Source: Bdellovibrio sp.
GTDB lineage: Bacteria > Bdellovibrionota > Bdellovibrionia > Bdellovibrionales > Bdellovibrionaceae
Direction of reading: 5' to 3'
DNA: 24,000 nt
Assembly (NCBI GenBank): GCA_036676395.1
Contig: JAKFCY010000002.1
Span: 269,715 to 293,714 of the forward strand
The notes beneath the pieces were generated by a model, which was not told where the DNA came from, made no database searches, and saw nothing but the letters and a program-made list of their open reading frames with translations. Position 1 is the stretch's first letter, and each line of letters begins with the position of its first letter. Shown one piece after another: positions 1-6,635 of this stretch. The translations under genes and the position numbers were made by a program.

Positions 1-81
1 AATGGTTTTCCTCCAGAAGAAATTCAGCTTCCTCCTTTAGAAGCTTACAGGACGATTGTAAGTCGGCTTAAACCTGTCTAA
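1..81 (+). CDS. 3-prime end of an unidentified upstream CDS (partial, runs off window start)
   Basis: Frame 1 is open from base 1 to TAA at 79-81 (NGFPPEEIQLPPLEAYRTIVSRLKPV*). Too short to assign a family. Confidence 0.3.
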   Translation, partial: NGFPPEEIQLPPLEAYRTIVSRLKPV

Positions 82-202
82 CCCCTATACACCCCTGAAA
101 AATCGTCATATTCGTGCTTAACACGTCGCCATTCTCTAGAGATTCTGCTCAAATTGTGGTTTATTGGTCAGGTTTAGAAAAACATAAGGTTAGGGGAGTC
201 TC

Positions 203-1192
203 ATGCAACAGCAGGATAAAAACGCCGACAATAAAGCTCAAGCGACGTTACGTAAAGTTCCAACATTAAGCCTTGGTAGCTACACTCGTGGCTCTGAAGC
301 TGACAAAGTTAAGTTCATCGAACAACTTTTTACTGGAATCAAAGATTACGGCTTTATCGTATTAAAAGACCATGATGTTGATCCTGCTCTTCTTAAACAA
401 GCTTACGAAGTTTTAGAAAAATTCTATGCATTACCTGATGCAACTAAGCGTTCTTACATTTCTGAAAAAGGTGGCGGTCAACGCGGCTACACAGCTTTCG
501 GAACAGAGCATGCTAAAGGCGCTGAAGTAAAAGATTTAAAAGAATTCTGGCATGTCGGTCGTGAAGTTCCAGACGATCACCAGTTTTCTAAATACTATCC
601 AAAAAATATTTGGCCAGATGATAATGTTGGTGAATTTCGTCCAGTGTTCGAGAAATTATTTTCTCAGTTAGAAACTGCCGGCATTCAAATGATGGAAGCT
701 TTAACTTATCCATTAGAAGTTGAAAAAACTTATTTCAAAAATATGGTGCAAGAAGGTAATTCGATCTTACGTTTACTTCATTACCCACCGATTCCTGAAG
801 GCACTGATCCTCGTTGTATCCGAGCTGCAGCTCACGAAGATATTAATTTTATCACGATCTTACCTGCGGCCACGCAATCAGGTCTGCAATTAAAAGATCG
901 CGATGGCACTTGGTTAGATATCGAATCTGATTTCGGTACGTTAATCGTTGATGCTGGTGACATGTTAGCGCGTATTACGAATGAAGTGATTCCTTCGACT
1001 ACACACCGTGTGATTAACCCGCAAGATGGTACGAATAAATCGCGCTACTCAATGCCGTTCTTCATGCATCCACATCCTGAAAGCTTATTATCTTGTTTGC
1101 CTTCATGCCGCGGTACTGGGGCTAAATACCCAGACATCACAGGTCACGAGTTCTTAATGCAAAGACTTCGTGAAATCGGCTTAATCAAATAG
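203..1192 (+). CDS. 2-oxoglutarate/Fe(II)-dependent oxygenase (isopenicillin-N-synthase-like family)
   Basis: 329-aa ORF with GGGGAG Shine-Dalgarno about 6 nt upstream of the ATG. The translation shows the HxD iron ligands (AAHEDINF), the distal His (STTHRV) and the RxS 2OG-binding motif (KSRYSMPFF) in canonical order and spacing. Confidence 0.85.
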   Translation: MQQQDKNADNKAQATLRKVPTLSLGSYTRGSEADKVKFIEQLFTGIKDYGFIVLKDHDVDPALLKQAYEVLEKFYALPDATKRSYISEKGGGQRGYTAFGTEHAKGAEVKDLKEFWHVGREVPDDHQFSKYYPKNIWPDDNVGEFRPVFEKLFSQLETAGIQMMEALTYPLEVEKTYFKNMVQEGNSILRLLHYPPIPEGTDPRCIRAAAHEDINFITILPAATQSGLQLKDRDGTWLDIESDFGTLIVDAGDMLARITNEVIPSTTHRVINPQDGTNKSRYSMPFFMHPHPESLLSCLPSCRGTGAKYPDITGHEFLMQRLREIGLIK

Positions 1193-1220
1193 TTTTAATT
1201 GTTACTCAAGCAAAAAAAAT

Positions 1221-1253
1221 AACGCAGGGTCTAGTAAGGCTTCTGCGTTTTTT
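1221..1253 (+). terminator. Rho-independent terminator after the oxygenase gene
   Basis: Stem AACGCAG (1221-1227) pairs with CTGCGTT (1243-1249). It is followed by a T-run (1248-1253) and preceded by an A-run (1212-1219), about 30 nt after the stop codon. Confidence 0.7.
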
Positions 1254-1286
1254 GCTTTTGGCCACCAGTAATGGTTTGATTAAGGC

Positions 1287-1949
1287 ATGAAGACATTTCT
1301 TTTAATTTTATTATCATTAATATCAATTACTCAAAACTCTGTAGCTGCTGACGAGCCAGCTTACTGTGATCCAGAAACTTTTTTTCAAAAAGAAATTGAG
1401 ACACAAGCTGGAATTTGGCGCCATCACACCTTTAGATTTGGCGATGTGATTTTATTAGGCGGAGCCATTGGCTATAGTAATCCATTAAAGGTCACAGGCT
1501 TTGCCGAAGAAAATTCGACAGCAACATCAGCAGAGAAGTACTGCACTTGGTATTACAACGACGGAAATGATTTTGCTTCTACGTTGTTTAATCATCATTA
1601 CGTTACTAATCCGCAAAAAGTGACAGAAGTCACTGGCCCGCAAGAATATCGCGAAGTTTTAAAAGATCAGTTTGCAAAAGCTAACATGAGTTTTTTATCG
1701 TGTTTAGAAAATCATAAATATCTGGCGATGGGCTGCAATGGCCAAATGCACCGCGGACCTACAGTTTTTGGAATGTTGTTAAGCTTTTCAGGCTGTAGCT
1801 CGAAAAATTCTTTAGCTATCGTGAATAAGTTGTGGGGTAAGAACGGCGTTAAGCCAGAAGTTCGCCAAGCCATTATCGAAGAAGGTTACAAGCTAGGAAA
1901 CGACGACCCACAGGCTCGTCTAAGAATGCAAAAAGTTCTGGGCTATTAG
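1287..1949 (+). CDS. Secreted protein with CX5R (PTP/dual-specificity-phosphatase-like) P-loop, paralogue 1
   Basis: 220 aa with an N-terminal signal peptide (MKTFLLILLSLISITQNSVAA). The segment LAMGCNGQMHRGPTVFGMLL fits C-x5-R followed by x-T and a hydrophobic helix, as in cysteine phosphatases (Cys codon 1734-1736, Arg codon 1752-1754). The function call is by motif only. Confidence 0.8.
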   Translation: MKTFLLILLSLISITQNSVAADEPAYCDPETFFQKEIETQAGIWRHHTFRFGDVILLGGAIGYSNPLKVTGFAEENSTATSAEKYCTWYYNDGNDFASTLFNHHYVTNPQKVTEVTGPQEYREVLKDQFAKANMSFLSCLENHKYLAMGCNGQMHRGPTVFGMLLSFSGCSSKNSLAIVNKLWGKNGVKPEVRQAIIEEGYKLGNDDPQARLRMQKVLGY

Positions 1950-2045
1950 TTCAAAGGCTAGTTTTCTAGCCTAAGGTCTGCTGAATTTACGCGACTTTCA
2001 TACCGATAGGATAGGGATTCAATAACCCTAACCATCGGATGTGTG

Positions 2046-2705
2046 ATGAAAGCATTTCTATTAATTTTATTATCTGTAGTTACTTTAGCCCAGGTCGTCG
2101 CTGCTTCAGAGCCGGCTTATTGTGAACCTGAAAACTTTTTTAAGAAAGAATTTGATCCACACGAAAATATTTGGCGCGATCATGCGTTTAAGTTCGGTGA
2201 TGTTGTTTTATTAGGTGGAGCGATCGGCTACAGTAACTCGCGCAAAGTGGCTGAATTTGCAGAAGAAAATTCAACAGCTTCGGCAGCCGAAAAATACTGT
2301 ACTTGGTACTACAACGAAGGCAATGACAATGCGGCGGGGTTATTTAACCATCATTTCGTTTCGAATCCTAAAAAAGTCACGACGGTTACAGGCCCTAAAG
2401 AGTATCGCGCAGTTTTAAAAGATCAGTTTGCAAAATCAAAGAACAGTTTTTTATCGTGTTTAGAAAAACATAAAATTCTAGTGATGGGCTGCAATGGCCA
2501 AATGCACCGCGGCCCAACCGTGTTCGGAATGTTATTGGGTTTTTCGGGCTGTAGCTCAAAAAATGCGTTAACGATCGTGAATAAGCTTTGGGGTAAAAAT
2601 GGTGTTAAACCAGAAGTTCGCCAGGCGATTATCGAAGAAGGCTACAAGTTAGGAAACGAAGATCCAAAGGCCCGCCTAAGAATGCAAAAGGCTTTAGGTT
2701 ACTAA
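2046..2705 (+). CDS. Secreted protein with CX5R P-loop, paralogue 2
   Basis: 219 aa from ATG 2046; the track starts at GTG 2043, but alignment with paralogue 1 (MKTFLL vs MKAFLL) favours 2046. By eye roughly three quarters of residues are identical to paralogue 1. The GCNGQMHRGPTVFGMLL core and the C-terminal 50 aa are almost identical. Confidence 0.8.
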   Translation: MKAFLLILLSVVTLAQVVAASEPAYCEPENFFKKEFDPHENIWRDHAFKFGDVVLLGGAIGYSNSRKVAEFAEENSTASAAEKYCTWYYNEGNDNAAGLFNHHFVSNPKKVTTVTGPKEYRAVLKDQFAKSKNSFLSCLEKHKILVMGCNGQMHRGPTVFGMLLGFSGCSSKNALTIVNKLWGKNGVKPEVRQAIIEEGYKLGNEDPKARLRMQKALGY

Positions 2706-2758
2706 GAGCAGGTAGTCTAGGGTTGTTCGTAAAGTAAAATAAGAGTAATCTTACTTGC

Positions 2759-3535
2759 ATGAGAAAAGATCTATTATTAGGAATTGGAGCCACGTTATTA
2801 GCGATGGCTCTTTTTTATTTCGCGGATAATCCAACTGCAAAATTAAATATCGGAAAAAATAAAATTGATTCTGATTCTGATTATGGCGTGCCGGCCAATA
2901 AAAAAATATTAAATGACGAAGTCGTGCAAGCGCAGGAGATTATAGCTGCACGTTCGGCAGTTTCTGCACCTTCGGAGGCTTTAAAAGCCGGTACGGCTCG
3001 TGATATCATTTCAAAAAATTTCGTAGAGCATTTAAAAACTATCGGCACCTGTTTAAAAATTAATCCTGCGATTGATAACCCAACAATCGAACCCACATAC
3101 GATAACCTATTGATTAGCCTTCGCCCGGCCATTGGTGAGCTTGTGGTGCAAATGGATGATTGGACGCAGATGGATCTACAAAGTCCCGATGGCAGCCGTA
3201 AGCGCATTCGTACAGAGGTAAATTACGAAAATCCGAATGCTCCGGTTAAGTACGTGCAGCTTTATCATATCAACGATCAGGGCTTTCCTGAAATGCAGCC
3301 AGTTGACGCTGAAAAAGCGCGTAACCCATCAGATGATTATATTAATTATTTACGTGGTGGTGCTGATTTAATGTTAAATGAACGCGGAAGCCGCGTGTAT
3401 TTTCAAGAGGGCGAAGAGATCGTACTTGTTGAAAGATCTGGTGTGATCGAATCTTTTTCATTAAGCAAAAACGGAAAAACAGTCAGTTGCACTGGCTTAG
3501 ACGCCATCAATTCAAACTGTCAGTGTGTTCAGTAG
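2759..3535 (+). CDS. Hypothetical membrane-anchored/exported protein
   Basis: 258-aa ORF with an N-terminal hydrophobic segment (LLLGIGATLLAMALFYF). It has no recognisable family motif and no obvious Shine-Dalgarno. Confidence 0.6.
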   Translation: MRKDLLLGIGATLLAMALFYFADNPTAKLNIGKNKIDSDSDYGVPANKKILNDEVVQAQEIIAARSAVSAPSEALKAGTARDIISKNFVEHLKTIGTCLKINPAIDNPTIEPTYDNLLISLRPAIGELVVQMDDWTQMDLQSPDGSRKRIRTEVNYENPNAPVKYVQLYHINDQGFPEMQPVDAEKARNPSDDYINYLRGGADLMLNERGSRVYFQEGEEIVLVERSGVIESFSLSKNGKTVSCTGLDAINSNCQCVQ

Positions 3536-3557
3536 CGTGTTTGCAACACAACAATAA

Positions 3558-3579
3558 CGTGATCGCTTAAGCGATCACG
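3558..3579. terminator. Perfect 22-bp palindrome (9-bp stem CGTGATCGC/GCGATCACG, TTAA loop); possible terminator or protein-binding site
   Basis: Read directly from the sequence, 22 nt after the stop of the 2759-3535 gene. There is no T-run on the + strand; the minus-strand side is followed by TTATTGTTGTGTT. It overlaps the 3-prime end of the candidate small ORF on the minus strand. Confidence 0.35.
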
Positions 3580-3638
3580 ATGTGAGTTACGATAAGAGCA
3601 GCAAGTACAACCATTAATGACATATTTAAGTTATTCAT
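3567..3638 (-). CDS. Candidate 23-aa hydrophobic small peptide (MNNLNMSLMVVLAALIVTHIVIA)
   Basis: This is the internal ATG of the 77-aa track ORF. It is preceded by AAAGGGGAA about 9 nt upstream, and the peptide is essentially a single TM helix. The N-terminal 54 aa of the longer ORF do not look protein-like. There is no homology evidence. Confidence 0.25.
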   Translation of the reverse strand: MNNLNMSLMVVLAALIVTHIVIA

Positions 3639-3859
3639 AGGATTATTCCCCTTTCTTGGATCTATACATAGAACTATTTTTACGACATTTCCACTGTCAT
3701 AATCCTGACAGGCATTAACTTCATGAAGTGACAAATATCGAAAATTAGATGTCATCTGATTAGACGATTGGCTTTCTATGCCCGTTAAAATTAAGCTCAC
3801 TCTGGCCAGTAAACTGCTTTAATCCTTGCGGAACCTTAAAAGGGCTGAAGGACGTATTT

Positions 3860-5413
3860 GTGAAAAAGCTTGGAATTTATCTATTTTTAGCGATTTTATT
3901 GCAGAGTTTTACTGCCTCAGCAGATCTTTGGACTGTGACCCAACAGTGGTCGCCAGAGCTTGAAACTCAGTATCAAGAGTGGGTAAAAACACATGCAAAA
4001 GTCGACATGTTTTCGCGTGAATTTTTAGATACAAAAAAGACTGTTAAAAATCCTTATTACGGCATGACAACTGACTGTGCTGATACGGTTTATGCTTTGC
4101 GGGTGATTTTTTCTTTCGAAAATGGCCTTCCGTGGGCCATTAGAAATCCAGCAAATCCCAGAAAAGTTATCGCACAATCGATGACACGTTTTGATAGTTA
4201 CCCAGAGGGTGTTGCGCGCTTGCGTGCTTTTTTTAATATGCTATTTGATATCGTAAGCACAACAAGTTTACAGCACGACACGTATCCTGTTTCGATTAAT
4301 AAAATTCACCCAGGTGTGATTATCTTAACTGCGAAAATCAATCATCACTCATGGACAATTGCAGGCATCGACGCTAAAGGAAATCCCCGTTTAGTGTATA
4401 ATTCGGTTGTTGGTAAGGCGTCAGGTTCTAAATTACAACAGCGTTCAAGCTGGCCAAACCCGTTCTGGGTTTTCCAGCCAGATGAAAAGTTAACTGATCC
4501 AAATGATCCATTGTCGGCAAAATTTAAAGTTCCGGTCTATGTACCTGACAGTTACGCGGGATTTCGCTACTGGATCCCGGTTGATAAATTAACAACTGAC
4601 ATGCGCTTACTTCCTGAATACAGCAATGATCAGTACGAGCTAGATTTAAAATCGTGGAAACAAACTATTCAAACTAAATTAGCGACTAAAAAAGAATCTC
4701 TACAAGAAGTGGTAGAACGTCTACTAAAAGATGCTTGTGACGATGTTAAGCAGCGTATCACAGCAGTTGAAGAAGCTGATCACTATAGAAAATTATTAAA
4801 ACAAGCCCAAGAAAAAGAAGCTAGTTTAATTCTAGCCAAAGCTAGCATGCTGCCGATTACCGAAAATGATCAAGACTTATTAGATATTTTAAAAGAATAC
4901 AATGCTGATAAAAATACTCTGGCTAATCCGCAGTGTTTAACAGCAAAACAATACGACCAGCTTTCTACGCCAAGCCGTGATAAACGTTTATTTGATGCGG
5001 TGATGTTAGCGCGCGCTTACTTTGTACACGCAATGGAAGCCGGTGGCACAAAAGCATTCAGCGTTATTCGGTTAAAACAGTTTAAAAGAATTTTTGCTCA
5101 TCATGATAAACCTGCACGCGTTGAATCCGATTTAGCAACAGCTCCGATCGCCGCCGGTGAACTTTCAATTTGTCGTGTAAAAATCGGTAAAGAAACTTTA
5201 GACATGGCTGAAATTAAACGCCGCTTATTTAAAAGTTACCTTTCTTCGAATCCGAATGAAGATTTACTTGGCCGCTGGGGCGGTCGCGCAGATAAGCCAT
5301 CAGAACTAGCGGCTAGCTGTTCGACTTACGGCGAAGTTTATAAGGCGTATGATTTAGATCAGGCCGAAGTTGAAGCACAGCATGAAATTCAAACTTTTAA
5401 AGGTATGAACTAA
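3860..5413 (+). CDS. Secreted hypothetical protein (possible Cys/His hydrolase-like N-terminal domain plus helical C-terminal half)
   Basis: 517 aa from a GTG start with AAGGA 7 nt upstream and a signal peptide (MKKLGIYLFLAILLQSFTASA). TTDCADTVY (Cys73) and KINHHSWTIAGID (His162/163) resemble a papain-like/NlpC-P60-type Cys...His arrangement; this is a weak, by-eye call. Confidence 0.75.
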   Translation: MKKLGIYLFLAILLQSFTASADLWTVTQQWSPELETQYQEWVKTHAKVDMFSREFLDTKKTVKNPYYGMTTDCADTVYALRVIFSFENGLPWAIRNPANPRKVIAQSMTRFDSYPEGVARLRAFFNMLFDIVSTTSLQHDTYPVSINKIHPGVIILTAKINHHSWTIAGIDAKGNPRLVYNSVVGKASGSKLQQRSSWPNPFWVFQPDEKLTDPNDPLSAKFKVPVYVPDSYAGFRYWIPVDKLTTDMRLLPEYSNDQYELDLKSWKQTIQTKLATKKESLQEVVERLLKDACDDVKQRITAVEEADHYRKLLKQAQEKEASLILAKASMLPITENDQDLLDILKEYNADKNTLANPQCLTAKQYDQLSTPSRDKRLFDAVMLARAYFVHAMEAGGTKAFSVIRLKQFKRIFAHHDKPARVESDLATAPIAAGELSICRVKIGKETLDMAEIKRRLFKSYLSSNPNEDLLGRWGGRADKPSELAASCSTYGEVYKAYDLDQAEVEAQHEIQTFKGMN

Positions 5414-5473
5414 AGTCCAGATTAAAGATGTAACCTCTGGGGAAATTCTCATGACTTCGATAAACTAGAGGTC

Positions 5474-6577
5474 ATGAAGTATTTATTATTTTACACGATG
5501 GTTTTACTTTCGACTGCGGTCAAAGCTGAGATCGTCGAATTCAAATTACAAACTGAAAATCAAGCCTGCAAAGGTCTTTCACAAGTTGTCATCACTCAGG
5601 ATAAAGTGGTGTTGTATCAACTTGAAGTTCCAATGTATGGAACGGGCCAAATCCACTTACTCACTGGCAACTACCAAATCGATGTGATCAATAAAGCAGG
5701 TTGCACTTATCAGAACATCATTCAAATTTCTGATCTGCCAAATAAATTAATCGACGTAAAATTAGAAATGCAACCGCGTAAGCCTGCAATGACTTTAGAA
5801 GCTTCGGGCGGCATGGGTCAGGGCTTTAATCCGATGAGCTATAATTTATGGCCGTCACCCTGGTGGGGTGGTTGGGGTTATAACCAATTCAACACGCCAT
5901 TTTATTCTCCGTGTGGTTGGAGCATGTATGGCTGTAGTGGCAACTCTTACCCGCACAGTGGCAATATCGCTATGGGAAAACCAAATATTTATTTTAGTGG
6001 AAAAGATGAAGGTAAATTTAAATTAAAATTTACCGACGATAATTTTAACTTTTTAGCCACAGTGCCTTCATTTAAGGGAAAAGAAATTGGTGGCGAACTT
6101 CGTAAAGGCAGTATCTATTCAGAAAACACCTGGTATCCGTATTTATTTTACGATGCCCGTATTAGCGATGACCACTTACAAAATAACCAAGGTTTTTGCG
6201 GAACCCGCAAAGAAATCTTTCAATTTATGATGGAAGGTTTAAAAAAATATGAGTTTCCAAACGAAGCCAGAACCGATTTTGCCGAATACTGGTCAGTAAA
6301 AATTCCTGAAGCCCTACGCTACTGCGTTTTTCCACAAGCCAGTGCACAGTTAGATAAAGCGGCGCCACTAGAAATTACTTTTGATGATAAATCACAAGTG
6401 CGCACTGAACGATTATTCTATTTGGTGATTCCCCAAGATTACAAAGGTAAACGAATTCCTGCTAAGTCGAACAAATTCTCTGATAAACCAAAAAATCAAT
6501 GGAAGCACTATTCGCGCACCGTGATTCCAAAGGTCGCTTACATCTATGAATGGGGAGTCGGTTTTATTTTCGAATAG
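5474..6577 (+). CDS. Secreted hypothetical protein with Trp/Gly-rich segment
   Basis: 367 aa with a signal peptide (MKYLLFYTMVLLSTAVKA). It contains an unusual WPSPWWGGWGYNQFNTPFYSPCGWSMYGCSG stretch and no recognisable family. Confidence 0.7.
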   Translation: MKYLLFYTMVLLSTAVKAEIVEFKLQTENQACKGLSQVVITQDKVVLYQLEVPMYGTGQIHLLTGNYQIDVINKAGCTYQNIIQISDLPNKLIDVKLEMQPRKPAMTLEASGGMGQGFNPMSYNLWPSPWWGGWGYNQFNTPFYSPCGWSMYGCSGNSYPHSGNIAMGKPNIYFSGKDEGKFKLKFTDDNFNFLATVPSFKGKEIGGELRKGSIYSENTWYPYLFYDARISDDHLQNNQGFCGTRKEIFQFMMEGLKKYEFPNEARTDFAEYWSVKIPEALRYCVFPQASAQLDKAAPLEITFDDKSQVRTERLFYLVIPQDYKGKRIPAKSNKFSDKPKNQWKHYSRTVIPKVAYIYEWGVGFIFE

Positions 6578-6635
6578 TGCCAGGCCGTCTTTCTGGTCGC
6601 AGAGCAACAAGAAAGACGGCCTGGCACCTTTTTTT
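6577..6635. terminator. Strong intrinsic terminator between convergent genes (18-bp stem)
   Basis: GTGCCAGGCCGTCTTTCT (6577-6594) pairs perfectly with AGAAAGACGGCCTGGCAC (6610-6627) and is followed by CTTTTTTT (6628-6635). It sits exactly between the stop of the 5474-6577 gene and the stop of valS. Confidence 0.9.

Larger units (their letters stand above)
1287..2705 (+). repeat. Tandem gene duplication (two ~660-bp paralogous units, 759-bp register)
   Basis: The two ORFs align end to end at protein level. Long identical nucleotide runs are visible, e.g. ggctgcaatggccaaatgcaccgcgg in both copies. Confidence 0.9.

Noticed and set aside
1955-1972. Hairpin AGGCTAG-TTTT-CTAGCCT after paralogue 1 as an intrinsic terminator
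   Set aside because: It has only a 7-bp stem and no downstream T-run. It may be a weak pause or processing site, but it is not supportable as a terminator.
2215-2418. 67-aa ORF inside paralogue 2 (other frame)
   Set aside because: It lies entirely within a well-supported CDS with a conserved paralogue. The basic, low-complexity translation is typical of an off-frame artefact.
2881-3207. 108-aa antisense ORF within the 2759-3535 gene
   Set aside because: It is an antisense shadow ORF with no SD or motif, and the sense ORF is longer with an N-terminal anchor.
3567-3800. 77-aa minus-strand ORF as annotated in the track
   Set aside because: The N-terminal 54 aa look non-protein-like and lack an SD. 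Only the terminal 23-codon hydrophobic part, which has its own SD, was kept as a low-confidence candidate.
6413-6610. 65-aa minus-strand ORF spanning the 3-prime end of the 5474-6577 gene and the big terminator
   Set aside because: It overlaps a better-supported CDS and runs through the 18-bp terminator stem, so it is a shadow ORF.
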